49,259 bases of DNA, taken from Ionaspis alba (taxonomy: Eukaryota). Where the stretch lies: assembly GCA_964255285.1 (NCBI GenBank), contig CAXUUL010000038.1, positions 1 to 49,259 on the forward strand, in the 5' to 3' direction. Under the pieces are notes generated by a model. That model was not told where the DNA came from. It made no database searches and saw nothing but the letters and a program-made list of their open reading frames with translations. The position numbers and the translations under genes are program-made. Positions within the stretch are counted from its first letter, which is position 1. Every line of letters begins with the position of its first letter. Positions 35,114 through 46,609 of this stretch are shown here, piece by piece.

Positions 35114-35741
35114 ATGCCATCATTTTCCTCCTTAACGACACCGGGTCCCTACCATGTGCTGGCGTAAGCCTCGTCCATCTCCCTCAATTATTTCCCTTTC
35201 ATTGAATCCACCAGCTAATATCTGCTTCAGCTATGGTACCCTGCTGGGGAGTGAAATCTACCAATCCTTCATCAACGGTATTGTAGCCTACCGGTCCCTT
35301 CCCCGTCCTCAATTCGCCAGCCTACAAACCGCCATTTTCCCCGTCTACTTCGGCCTACAGACAGCACTCCCCGTCGTCCTAGCTCTGACGTACCCTGGAA
35401 CCTCATCCTCACTTTCCACTACATCCATACCTTCTGGCCTTGGTGGCTTCTTCGCAGAAAGCAATCGTGGAAGTGTGCTACTACCCGTGATGACGATCCT
35501 CACTACTAGTTTGGCAAATCTGGCTTTGATCGGACCGGCGACTACGAAGATTATGCGGGAGAGGAAACATCAGGAGACGAGGGATGGGAAGAAGAGCTAT
35601 GATAATCCGCCACACAGCAAGGAAATGATGAAGCTCAATCAACGGTTTGGGAGGATGCACGGTGTGAGTTCTGTGTTGAACTTGGTCGGTCTGCTGGCTA
35701 CCATATGGTACGGGGTCAGTTTGGCGGAGAGGATACAGTGA
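35114..35741 (+). CDS. DUF4149 / TMEM205-like membrane protein
   Basis: PYHVLAYGTLLGSEIYQSF...LPRPQFASLQTAIFPVYF...GPATTKIM...FGRMHGVSSVLNL. Intron at 35164-35230. Confidence 0.85.
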
Positions 35742-37030
35742 ATGACTTGACGTGTCGGCATTGTAGGTAGGCATTCATTGAGGAACGGATATGACTTATG
35801 GCGTTTATGACTGTAATGTGCCCTTTGACACTTCGTCTGCGACTACAGACTCTGCCAACTCTGCCTGCGCTGCTGTATCACCCAAAGTTTCTGCTAGAAG
35901 ACACCCTTCAGCGCAGATATCTAAGCCTTCTCCTTCCCGAATTCTGCAGTGAAGGATCAAAAGGCTGTCTGGATGTGATGACTTCGGCCAATGGCAGGCT
36001 ACATGTTGAATTCCTTCAAGCCATATCGGAAAGATCCTAGTTTATGTTCTTTTGCTTTCGGTTTCCACAACTATAACCAGGAACTAGTCTCGAGAAGCGC
36101 AGGGGTGTCCTTATCATTTTCCCATTGCGAGATGCCCATGCTCGATTGACTTCAGACCATCCGTAGTGGCATGTCCATGCAATTCCGGTGTATCTGTAGC
36201 CTATCTTTCCCCACTTCTGGGCTTATGGAAAAGTTGCTTTTAGTACATCCGGATCTACAATCATGGTGCTCGAACAATGATAAGCGCAGCCCGGGCGATG
36301 ATCCCGGAGAAGGCCAAGATCGGCGCTGCGAACTTTCGGGTACTTGCAGAGGAGATCTCTGTGTCTCCTCTGTCCGACAATCTGGCCCTTTCACATGCTC
36401 GGCGGATGCCAGGCGAGCTTCTCAAAGAAGTACAGAACCTGGAAAAGAAAAGAGGATCAAATTGTTGAAGGAGTTAGCTAGGAGCTTGCAGCTGGTCGAC
36501 TGCAGGCACTGTGTACTGTTGACTTGGAAGGGACGATTACCACAGACGGTGTCTGTGGCTGAAAGTGGTCATTCACTGCACTAATTTAGCGCCGGCCGAA
36601 AAAGGCCGAAGGACGTCGCCCGTGAAATCGCATCAACGGGGCATAAATTGCATAAAGCTCTTGAGGCATAAACAAGGAAATGTGGCTGAACAGAGGCTTC
36701 GCGACCACGTTTGCCGGTGATACGTCCACCCCGTCCATCACCTGCAGCATCCATCACAACTACTAACTGCTCAACTACCCAACTGACCTATCTCTGTCGG
36801 CCCCCACTTTATCTTGCATACCAGGAGCTTTCCTCCTTCTTCTGTCCAACTTCATCACTATCATCAACAACAACGGCAGCAGCAGCAACCATCCAGTCAG
36901 CTTTCGAATTCCATCGGTCACTCATCGTGTCGTTGTTCGCCATCGGACAACTTCCCGCCCAAGCATTCCCTCAGTCGCAAGCTGTCTACCAGTCGCGTTC
37001 CACGACGCTTGTTTCTATCACCTCGTCGAT

Positions 37031-37148
37031 GTGAGTAAGCCGCCGCTTCTGTAGAATCATTATCGTCGTACTTCCCTCCACCGTTGCAACTGGTCTTATC
37101 GCTTACAGTTGAAGATCGCTACTGACTAACCACCTGTTGCGCTTACAG
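37031..37148 (+). other. Probable 5'-UTR intron of STB3
   Basis: GTGAGT (or GTAAGC at 37035) donor, CTGACTAAC branch site and CTTACAG acceptor, 30 nt upstream of the ATG. Confidence 0.65.
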
Positions 37149-37178
37149 AGAAACGTTTGATCGAACAACTTGCTCGAA

Positions 37179-38504
37179 ATGGCTCCAATCATCAACAACA
37201 ATCAAGCTTCCAGCATCGCCATGGCTCTTGCTGGCATGACTGATGCCGTTGAAATTCCCAAGCCAAAGGACAACCACAACTTCTGGACTGGCAAAGACAG
37301 CTTCGCTGCTGTAGCTGCCAGGTCCCTTCCGACCAAGGGACATCATGCTGGACTCCCGACTCCACCTAACTCCATCTCTCCTTCACTCCCTCCTCAGGCT
37401 TTCCAAAGCCACGATACCGCTGCTCCACCAACACCTCCGGCTCAGGCTCTCGCTGATTCAGACATTGATCTGCAGGATGCCGTTGACCATGCCCAAGCGC
37501 AGGATCAGCCTCAACGTGGTCTTGCTCTTGCTCCAGGGAACGGTAACTTGGCTGGATTAGATACCGCTGGTGCGATCACTCCTGGGCTGCTAGCGAAACA
37601 TCACCTTCCGGAAATCCTCCTCAATCACGGTCCCCTAGCCATCCGCCACGTCATGGGCTATCTCACAACCTCTGTCCCCGGCTTCTCTGGTATACCACCA
37701 GCAAAGGCTCGAAGACTGGTTGTTGGAGCACTGGAAGGACGCGGTAATGGCGGAGAAGCAGGTGGACTACAAGGGGATGTACAATTCGAGAAGGTGGGCT
37801 GGGGTCGCTGGGATGCGCGTCGCAATGGTCATCCATCGAGACACGACCGCAGTACTCGTCGGTCCAGCCCTACGCTGACGAGGCACTCTCGTCGCAGTCC
37901 ATCTCCCTACGCCACCAGCAGCGTGCACATTCCTCGCACAAAAACGATCCCCACCCGCTCTCGATTACCTCCTTCAAGAACGCTACTCACCCATCAATCA
38001 CTACAATCTCTCGACCCAGATGCCCACGTGCGCCACGAAACAGAAGCCGACAAAATGTCTCTCGACGACGCATCCTGCTCTTCCTCCGAAGTCCCAGAAG
38101 AAGAGCCCATACTGGAAGAAGACTTAGGCGACGTGACCGATGAGGAAGACTGGGCGAGCATCGGAGCAGCCGCCCTCCGAGCCGGCTCCCTTCCTTCGGG
38201 CTCGGGGGGCGGTAGGATCTACAGCAGTAGCAGTACGCATACCAATTATGGGCGGAGGATAGCCAGTGGGCATGTGCATAAACGAGATCGAGGGGTCTCT
38301 AGAGGACCGGTAACGAGGACGCTGGCGAAGTCGGTGCCGATGGGTGGATTGGGAATGATGGGGAAGACTGGTAATGCTTTTACGAATCTGGGCCGCCAAC
38401 AGCAGTTGTATCATATGGGTGGCCGGGATGTGATGGAGGGAATTGCGAGCGATTCTCAGGAGCGGGAGGCTATTGAGGCGTTGGTCAGGTTGAGCTCCGT
38501 GTAA
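37179..38504 (+). CDS. STB3: Sin3-binding / RRPE-binding protein Stb3 family
   Basis: ITPGLLAKHHLPEILLNHGPLAIRHV...PGFSGIPPAKARRLVVGALE...FEKVGWGRW, TDEEDWASIGA and C-terminal EREAIEALVRLS. Confidence 0.87.
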   Translation: MAPIINNNQASSIAMALAGMTDAVEIPKPKDNHNFWTGKDSFAAVAARSLPTKGHHAGLPTPPNSISPSLPPQAFQSHDTAAPPTPPAQALADSDIDLQDAVDHAQAQDQPQRGLALAPGNGNLAGLDTAGAITPGLLAKHHLPEILLNHGPLAIRHVMGYLTTSVPGFSGIPPAKARRLVVGALEGRGNGGEAGGLQGDVQFEKVGWGRWDARRNGHPSRHDRSTRRSSPTLTRHSRRSPSPYATSSVHIPRTKTIPTRSRLPPSRTLLTHQSLQSLDPDAHVRHETEADKMSLDDASCSSSEVPEEEPILEEDLGDVTDEEDWASIGAAALRAGSLPSGSGGGRIYSSSSTHTNYGRRIASGHVHKRDRGVSRGPVTRTLAKSVPMGGLGMMGKTGNAFTNLGRQQQLYHMGGRDVMEGIASDSQEREAIEALVRLSSV

Positions 38505-39722
38505 TATATGGGAGGCGTTCGACTTTGCTTTGGGAAATTGGATCGATTGGGTTGGATATAGGGGGCTTGGTTCGGGCTTGGTCCGGATGACTGCTCAACT
38601 TCGAGTAGGCACTGGGACTTATGGTGCGATATTGACTCGGACGGACGGGAATTATGAGCCTGGTCTGACTCACCGGAGGGGCTTGGATTGGACATCAATT
38701 ATGGCTCCTTGGCCAGGAGATCGGGGGAATGGATGGCGCAATATTTTATTTCAACATCATCACGGCCGACATATCGATGGCTGGTGCTGTCAACACTTCG
38801 GATATCGTGGCTGAAACAGGACTTCTACTTTTGATCACAGCTCCGGGACTTTTGCTTTTATTGTTGTTGGCTTTCTCATCATCCCAGGACCGGGTTCACA
38901 GCTTTTCATCTTTCGCAGTGTTCTACATCACATCATTTAATCAGCGTCACAAATACCCTCCTCATACTTTTTCTTGTACAGTCTTTCTGTAAATATCTTG
39001 CGGCGTTTTGGAGGCGTCGTTGCGAGGGCTGGTGTCTGCGTTTGGAACATCACTTGGGTTGGCCGGGGGTTTCGTTTTGGAGCACTACACGGTGGCTTGC
39101 AGACAGAGCAAGATTGACGTGGGAGATGGAGATTGGTCGTGGTCGGCTTGAATGCCAGCACTGCGGTCTGCCGTTTTGTGAGGGATGGCTGGAATGGTTG
39201 TGGTCTTCTTAGATGCTAGCACTACGCCATTTGTGTCTGTCAATCCAAACTGTTTCCTCGAGATATGTCCAGAGATGCAACGTGATGTATATCGTTGTTT
39301 TGAACAGGGTCGACTTGTGATCGTTGCCGTGGTTGTCAGGGCTGGGAGCAGAACGCTGACTGGCTGTTGGTTTCGTGGGAGGGAGCGATAGGAGCGTAGG
39401 AAAGCCACTAAGGTAGTGAAGGCAGGGACTGTCGGCTATGGTTGTACAAGTTATATTAGCGTTCTCACAAAAATGTGTATTTTCTTGGCATTTAACTTTG
39501 TTTATCGCCCTATTAAATCTATATAAAAATTCGAGTAATTTTAAAAATTAATTTAATAATATATTATTTCCCATGGTTATTTTTTATATATTAAAATTAA
39601 ACGATGGGTTGACGGGATTGCATCCAGAAGTAAAAAGGTTCAGCGTTACTTTTAAAGTTTTTCCCCCTCAAGATTTTTCAAGCTGTTTTATTGCCATTCA
39701 TCCAACATACAGTGCACCAGGT

Positions 39723-40796
39723 ATGTCTGGCCTCAAACTTTTTATGAACGCCGGTCGGCGATACTTCTCTAGCCAGCAATTTCCTACTCGTCGTGCCCTG
39801 TTGGAAGCCATCTATTCCACAGCGTTCGAGAAGGTTGAGAAGAATTCGCCTGAATATATGGCTCTCGCTCGCTCTGGCAAAGTGTGGGAAAACTTCTTCA
39901 AACCTCAAAATATCGAGCCGTACCTTGCAGCCCAGGCGAAGCTGCGGCAAATACTCGCTGAAGCAGATAAACAAAAGCTATTCTTCTCTCTTCGTGTGGA
40001 CCTATTGAACTCGATCAACAGAGCTCTTATCAAGGAATACGCCCATCAAAGCACTGCCATTGAAGGAAATCCTCTTCGACTTGGCGATTCAATGGTCATT
40101 GAGGATGAGCTAGAAAAGCAATTGTTTGCCAATGTTAACGATCTCTCTGGTATAAGCGTTCAAGGCCTCGCCGACCTTACTCTGCCCTCTTCAAATACAC
40201 TCCTACCAAGTCGAGACGCCGCTCAAGTGGCCGAGCTCAGGAATCATATTATTGTCTCGCGCTATCTCACAGAGATCGGCATTGCAAATCCCGGCACGGC
40301 GGGAACTTCGCTTCCAGATATCAAGCTGCTCTCTCGTGTCATGTTGGCGGGAACGGGAGCTGAGGATCTTTATGCCTTTGGATGGGGCAAGCGCGTTGCC
40401 CTCGGAGAATTTCGCTCTATACCTATTACCGTGAAATCTAATCCGCTGCGAATATTTCCTTATCCGGCAGAAGTTCCGGCCTGTATAGAGCGGTTCATGG
40501 TCTGGCGCGACCTTTGCCATGCGTCCTCTCAGTTACACCCGCTTATGCTAGCCACGCATCTGTTCGTTTACTTTTGCCACATTCACCCTTTTGTGGATGG
40601 CAATGGGAGGGTCGGCCGAGCGTTGATGGCAGATTACATGATTAGGCAGGGGTACATGCCAGTAATCTATATAGACATGGATAGGAAGGATTATTTGAGG
40701 ATGGTATCAAATGCGCAGGACGGGAAACCTGAGGAACTGTGTGAAAGTGTAGTGCTTACACAGGCGGAAATGTTATTTACAATAAGCTCTAGATAA
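39723..40796 (+). CDS. Fic/Fido-domain protein (putative AMP transferase, class II with inhibitory helix)
   Basis: Intact catalytic motif HPFVDGNGRVGR and upstream inhibitory motif STAIEGN; intronless. Confidence 0.92.
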   Translation: MSGLKLFMNAGRRYFSSQQFPTRRALLEAIYSTAFEKVEKNSPEYMALARSGKVWENFFKPQNIEPYLAAQAKLRQILAEADKQKLFFSLRVDLLNSINRALIKEYAHQSTAIEGNPLRLGDSMVIEDELEKQLFANVNDLSGISVQGLADLTLPSSNTLLPSRDAAQVAELRNHIIVSRYLTEIGIANPGTAGTSLPDIKLLSRVMLAGTGAEDLYAFGWGKRVALGEFRSIPITVKSNPLRIFPYPAEVPACIERFMVWRDLCHASSQLHPLMLATHLFVYFCHIHPFVDGNGRVGRALMADYMIRQGYMPVIYIDMDRKDYLRMVSNAQDGKPEELCESVVLTQAEMLFTISSR

Positions 40797-42481
40797 TCTA
40801 CAACAATAGCAGAAAGCTCGGCTGATATCATTGAATTAATACCTTGTTAAGCTTGTTTATATCGCTATTTTATAAAATACCTCGATAATTTGACTTATAA
40901 TCGCTTTATTCCTAGATAAAGTTTCCCCAGCATATAAATTATAAATTAATCGATTTTTTAGATTCGATCTAGATAACCAACTTGTGGCTGGTCGTGGGGA
41001 AAGAGTGTTGTATAGGATAGCCTCATCTATAGCCCCTTGTGCCTTTCGAAAGGAGTTTTATCTATTTATTTTGCATCCCATCGCAATCGATGAGATTTGT
41101 TAAGCTCTGTCATTCGCACTCTTCACGCATTCGCAGCTCCCCCTCTTCAAGCACCCGAAAACCTCCCGACAAATCTTGATTACTTCCCGGCATACTACGA
41201 GTTTCGTTCTCCAGAAACAAACAAGGCGTCTCACAATGCTCGGCAAGTGCAACGTGCGATCTCCACATATCGTATATCTGGCAATTCTAGAAGAACAAAG
41301 AATGGCAGTTGCCTTGGCTGAGAGCCTTGATATATCGAGTCTATATCATAGAAGAGCCTCGATCTGATTATCTTATTCTAGTAGATGAGTTGGCTAAATG
41401 AGCAAGTCGATAGAACATGTCCCGTGGAGCTATCATCAGGGTCTGCTGGGTGGCGATGCTGGCGACTGTATCAATGGCATAGAGAACCAATTCTTAGCCA
41501 TTGTGATGGGAGTGAAGCAACCATATAAACATGGGTTGCAGCCATCAGAACAAAAAGTCGGAAAAGTCAACGCTGTAAGCTCGCAGGCAAGGTAGTTTCA
41601 ACCGCAACACGTCCGCGGTGCACAAACGCCGTCGCAGGCGATCTGACATAATCTGTGGCACTCCGGCTCGACGTCGCAACTCTTGGCCCGTCGGCCGTCT
41701 GATCGGCAGCGCCAGTCTCAGCGATCAGATTTCCGAGCTCAGGCTGCAAGGGTGACGGAGTGTATGCCGTAAGCATGAAGGCACATGCCGATACGCCGTG
41801 CCAGGGCCACGAAAGTTCGCAATAGAGGACTCCGTTATAACCACGTGCGCGGAAGCTACAGCCGCATTCTGGTTCAGAGCCCATGCATGCAGCTCGTGTA
41901 TAGAGACCACGCCGGGAACCCAACACTGGTCGACCGACCTGACACTCATCACTTGGGGGGGCGTGGTTCATCAGGCTTGCACACCATCCGAGACGAAACG
42001 AATCGAACCCGATATTTTTTTCTATAGCATCTGAAATAAATCAGCCTCTGTTCAACCGATAATATAAAAAGGGTATCATGAGATCTCACACTGTCGTGAC
42101 AACGTGATGGACTGTTACGCTGTGTGTAGACGGTGAGATCTTTCAGCATGTACTGCAAGAAAACTTTGCTTTGATGCGGACGAACTACGTCCTCGCTGAT
42201 CTTCTGAGGAGGTTCATTATCTGCTTGCCGGAAAGCCAGAACCGCTACGATAGCTGGGACTGGAAGGCAGCCTCGTGCTCTCGATTGAAGATAGCTGTGA
42301 GGTTCCTCTTAGTGAAAAGTAATCTAGTTGACCGTTAGACTTGTTATATAATGTGTGTTCTGGTAACACGTATTCTCACATATAAGACGACTAAATGTGA
42401 GCCATGATTCTCCGAAAAGCAGGACCTATCACCCTATCCATAAGCGATTTCATGTTCGGTTGAAATCAATCTACACTACGT

Positions 42482-43140
42482 CTAAGAGCAACGCAATCTT
42501 TTCGTAGCATGTCCAATCTCTTCCAAAGACTGCCAACATTGGTGCTTAAGCGTGTCCTTGATACTCGTTTGTGGTGACGCCTGGTGCCAGTCCGCCCTTG
42601 GATGTCTCAGCATGTGGAGGAGAAGATCACGAACTGTGAAATTGACTATTAGACTAATATATGACTCTAGTCGTGGAGTATAGTGATAGCTTACTCTGCG
42701 GTACATTTGAACTGCGGCGTGCTTGATCCATTGCCTCTCGGTACTTTTGGTGGAATTGGGGCTGTAACTTTTCGTATATGGTCCCTGGGCCCACGGGTTG
42801 CTGGAGAACTTCCACGGGTGGTACCCATTCATTAATTCAAAGAGCACGATACCCATAGACCAAATGCCAACTTCAGAGCCATGTCCTTGAATTTCACGTT
42901 CTGGTGCCAGATAAGATATTGTGCCCCCAAAGCCCGGACTCGGAGGCCTCAAGGATATATTGTCGAATTGCCAGGAGCCGCCATTATCGAGCAGGACAGT
43001 CTGAGTTCCTTTAGTCTCGGGTATCACCAATGTGAAAATATCACCAATATGGTGCCAAGACTAAGAAATCTTGGCACCATATTAGTGAGATTGGTGATAC
43101 TCGAGACTAATGCCAATATTACCAGGTTTCAGACCGCAAG
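42482..43140 (-). pseudogene. Protein kinase pseudogene fragment (C-lobe)
   Basis: LKPGNI (subdomain VIb), LLDNG (VII), GTISYLAPE (VIII) and IWSMGIVLFEL (IX). HRD and DFG are degenerate, a MITE is inserted, there is a probable frameshift near 42790, and no N-lobe is recognisable. Confidence 0.75.
43014..43107. mobile_element. 94-bp fold-back MITE-like element with TA target-site duplication (Tc1/mariner-type)
   Basis: Terminal inverted repeat GTCTCGGGTATCACCAAT / ATTGGTGATACTCGAGAC (1 mismatch) and inner inverted repeat TCACCAATATGGTGCCAAGA / TCTTGGCACCATATTAGTGA (1 mismatch). TA lies on both sides, and excision restores the kinase frame. Confidence 0.8.
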
Positions 43141-43916
43141 CTTCTCTCGGACGGCCACTAGTAGGGCATTCGTCAAACGCTTAGTAGTGCTTCTAACGGT
43201 GTTGGCCCCTCACTTAGCCCAGCTTAGTCAGTGGCCACTTGTACATAAGGCCTTTCTGGCTGGAGACCACTTAGTTTCCTACACCACACACCACACAACA
43301 CCGTCTCCCGTCTGCAGGCCTCTCACAACGGCCGGCAATCATATCTTGAGGGCAAGGACAATGGTCCGAGGATCAATGGATCGGCTACAGACGCCCAGCT
43401 GCAGTGGATAAAACAACTCAACTTAGTGACAAAGACGAAGCCCAGACGTGAAGATCGAGCAGTGGTGATTCGATTCCCATAGCCTTCAAGCCCACCCTGT
43501 TGGCCAACGAGAAAGGGACACCATGTGCCAATGTCTCTCGCATATGCGAAGACGCCGGGCCAAGATTTTTACCCAGCGGGGTCAAGACTGCATGCTGGCT
43601 CTAACACTATAGCATGGTATCTTCATGAACTTCGACCGAGTGAAGACTGGACCGAGCTCAGGCGAGATGTGGGGCTTCACCGCATCACGCCAATGCCTGC
43701 TAAGATACAATTGTTTGCATGGTGTGAGATACCCCTCCCTCAAGCATGAGCCAACCATTTCAATAATACTTATCCACAACCGCCCTCATCAAAGAATCAT
43801 TTGTTGCAAAAGTCCTCTACGTTGTAGGTGGGAATCATCTCACACACCAAGGGCACTTCTTTGCAGCCTTTTCGAGACCAAGTGATAGCACGACTCTTCA
43901 GCACGCCCGGGCAACA

Positions 43917-45577
43917 ATGGCAGAATTCAACCGTGACGATGTGCAGGGCGACCTGTTCAGTCGCGGGTTCCCTAAATTCAATGAGGTCTACTACTTCTTC
44001 CATATCAAGTCAGGCAAGGAGAAGGAGTTCTCCCAAAAGGTGAAAATGTTGGTCTCGGGTGAAGAGAAGCACATTTCAAGCATAAACAAGGTCCTCGAGG
44101 ACTGGAAACAAGTAGATGCTGCCGCTGCGAAGAATCGTAACATAGACGATCCCGCCAAAAAGGAATGGGTCTCTACGTTGAATGCCTTGATTGCTTTCTC
44201 GAAGCCTGGCCTAGACAGAGTAAGGGATCAACCATTACGCTGATCGCAACCGCTGACTCGAACAGATCCAGACTGGTTTGACATTAGCTGGTCGTCCAAG
44301 TTTAGACCTGAAATACCTGAGCTTGTCGGATCCCACCTTCGATATGGGTATGGGTGACGACGGTCCGGATAACCTGAATGACCCTCCTGTAGACAGCTGG
44401 GATCCTCTCTTTAGAACCACTACGATCCATGGTCTACTCAAAGTCGCTGGAAGTGATTCCAAAATCATTATTGACAAGTTGGAGCACCTCAAGCGTATTC
44501 TCGGCCATCCCCAAGTCATCACAGACATCGAGGGGAATTCCCCCCCATCACTTACAAAGTCAATGCTTGAAGGCAATACCAGACGTGGAGAACACCGTGG
44601 CCATGAGCAGTAAGTCAGCACCCCCACCGTCTGATAGCCTTTAGTGTTGATTAAGTCCGATGCAGCTTCGGCTTTCGAGACGGACTCTCGCAGCCCCTTC
44701 TAAAAGGTATCAATTCGGATGAAGCCCTCAAAGCGGATCCATATATGCAGACAGACCAGAACGTCATTATCGTATCCTCAAAGCCGCCTGAATTGCAGGA
44801 CGGTATCGAGGCCGATCCAACGAGGCGCCCACTCTGGATGGTCAACGGCAGTTTCCTCGCTTTCCGCAAGCTCGAACAAGACGTCCCAAGATGGATCGAC
44901 CTCGTCAACAAATTCAAAGATGCAGGTTGCAAAAGCCCGGCTCACTTGGGCGCAAAACTCATGGGCCGGTGGCCAAGCGGTAAGGATCAGAACCCTCCCA
45001 AAAAATCGCCGTTCTTTTCCTGGTAATAATCAGCTAACACACCATTTCTGCAACAGGAGCCCCCGTCGCCAAATTCCCAGACGAAGACGCCCCTCCTAAC
45101 ACCCCTCTCGACAACAACTTCCGTTACAAAGGCGTCTCCAAATTCAACTGCCCTTTCGGCGCGCACATCCGCAAAGTGAACCCGCGCACGGACGGCGGCG
45201 CCGTGACCACAGCCCGCATGGTCCGCAACGGCATCCCCTACGGCACCGACTTCGATCCTGCCAATCCGCCCACGGACCCCAACGACACGCGCGGCCTCCT
45301 CTTCGCGGCATACCAGTCTTGCCTTGAGAATAGCTTCCAGTTCGTGCAGAGGAGTTGGTCCAATAGTGAGAGTTTTCCGGTTTCGAATACCGGCTATGAT
45401 GCGGTTGGTGGCCAGACGAAAGACGGAGGGCTGTTGAATATCACGTTGCATAATGAGGATGATGGGGATCTCGTTCCGGGGTTGGGACAGTTTCAAGGGT
45501 CGTGTACGATGAAAGGAGGGGAGTATTTCTTTGTGCCGTCCATTTCGGCGTTGAAGAATACGTTGGGCTGTGATTGA
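43917..45577 (+). CDS. Dye-decolorizing (DyP-type) heme peroxidase, no signal peptide
   Basis: DVQGDL, GHEHFGFRDGLSQP (GxxDG), NGSFLAFRKLEQDV, GAKLMGRWPSGAP, CPFGAHIRKVNPR (proximal His), RNGIPYG, RGLLFAAYQS and GGEYFFVPSISAL. Introns at 44220-44265, 44610-44665 and 44980-45056. Confidence 0.93.
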
Positions 45578-46609
45578 GCGGTTGCTCGTTAGCTCGTCGA
45601 TACTTCAGTGCTGGTTTGCAAGTAGTTTCACGATGTCATGCCGCAATAAAATGTCAGTCATGCTTTATCAACAAAGCTTCACAGTATGGTAATACACCAC
45701 TTTCAAACATGTCCCTGACAGTATTCCTTGTCCCAGAAGCCTTATTAGTACCCATCTGAACCCTCACACCTATACATAACACTTCTATATTACATCGCAT
45801 CACCGTCCCTATCACCCCTCCAAATCCCTTCTAGCAACAAAACGCGGCCCTTTTCCCTCCGTCTCCCGTCGGCATCTTATCTCATCCTGTCTTATCCCTA
45901 ACCGCAACTCTCCCCTCCCCTCAATTGCAGTTTCAACCTCCCTCCTAACCTTGGTTCTATGGAAAACAGACCTAACGGTCTTGACCAGCTTGCAGTCAAA
46001 AAGATTGTTCGGACGGTCAAGACCAACAAGATCACCTGCTTCGGATAGACACTTCTAGTCGGTGTCTAACCTAAGGACTACCATTTTAGAGTATCCTAGT
46101 ACTCTAGCTGGCTACTTTGGTTTTAACAGCTTACCGCCAAGCCTGAAAAGTGTCAAATTCATTGCGTGACCCCGAGGAGTGCTGGGGGAAACAGGTATGT
46201 CGAAGTGCGGAGGACCTTTCTATGGTTTTCGAATTTCTTGAGGGCACTTGAGGTGGAGTCTGAGGAGGCATCACGCTGCTGCTCTTCGACATCTGATTTT
46301 GGTGGTGAACTGATTTTTCTCTTGTTTCAAGATGGGGGGCACAGGGGGCATTTATGTATGTCCAAAGATGAGATGATACTGAAGACTTGATGCTGAACGA
46401 CTATTGGTAAATTACATATTGTTCTGATGCAGTGAGGGAGGGGAAAGTAAGCATATTCGTTGGTGTTGATAGGAAAAGCCCCCCAGTTCTCAACGACTCT
46501 TGAGTCCCAGTCATCGCCATCGAAAAACAATAGGACAAGATTCTGTTAGTCTGATCTTGACACGATCAGAGAGAGTGCGCCACGTAGAAAACTTTTGAGG
46601 ATCAGACGC

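Noticed and set aside
41097..42034. Short ORFs between the Fic gene and the kinase pseudogene
   Set aside because: Possibly decayed gene remnants, but nothing is recognisable.
45977..46024. 10-bp inverted repeat GGTCTTGACC...GGTCAAGACC between the DyP and the oxidase
   Set aside because: It is too short, does not extend and has no target-site duplication.
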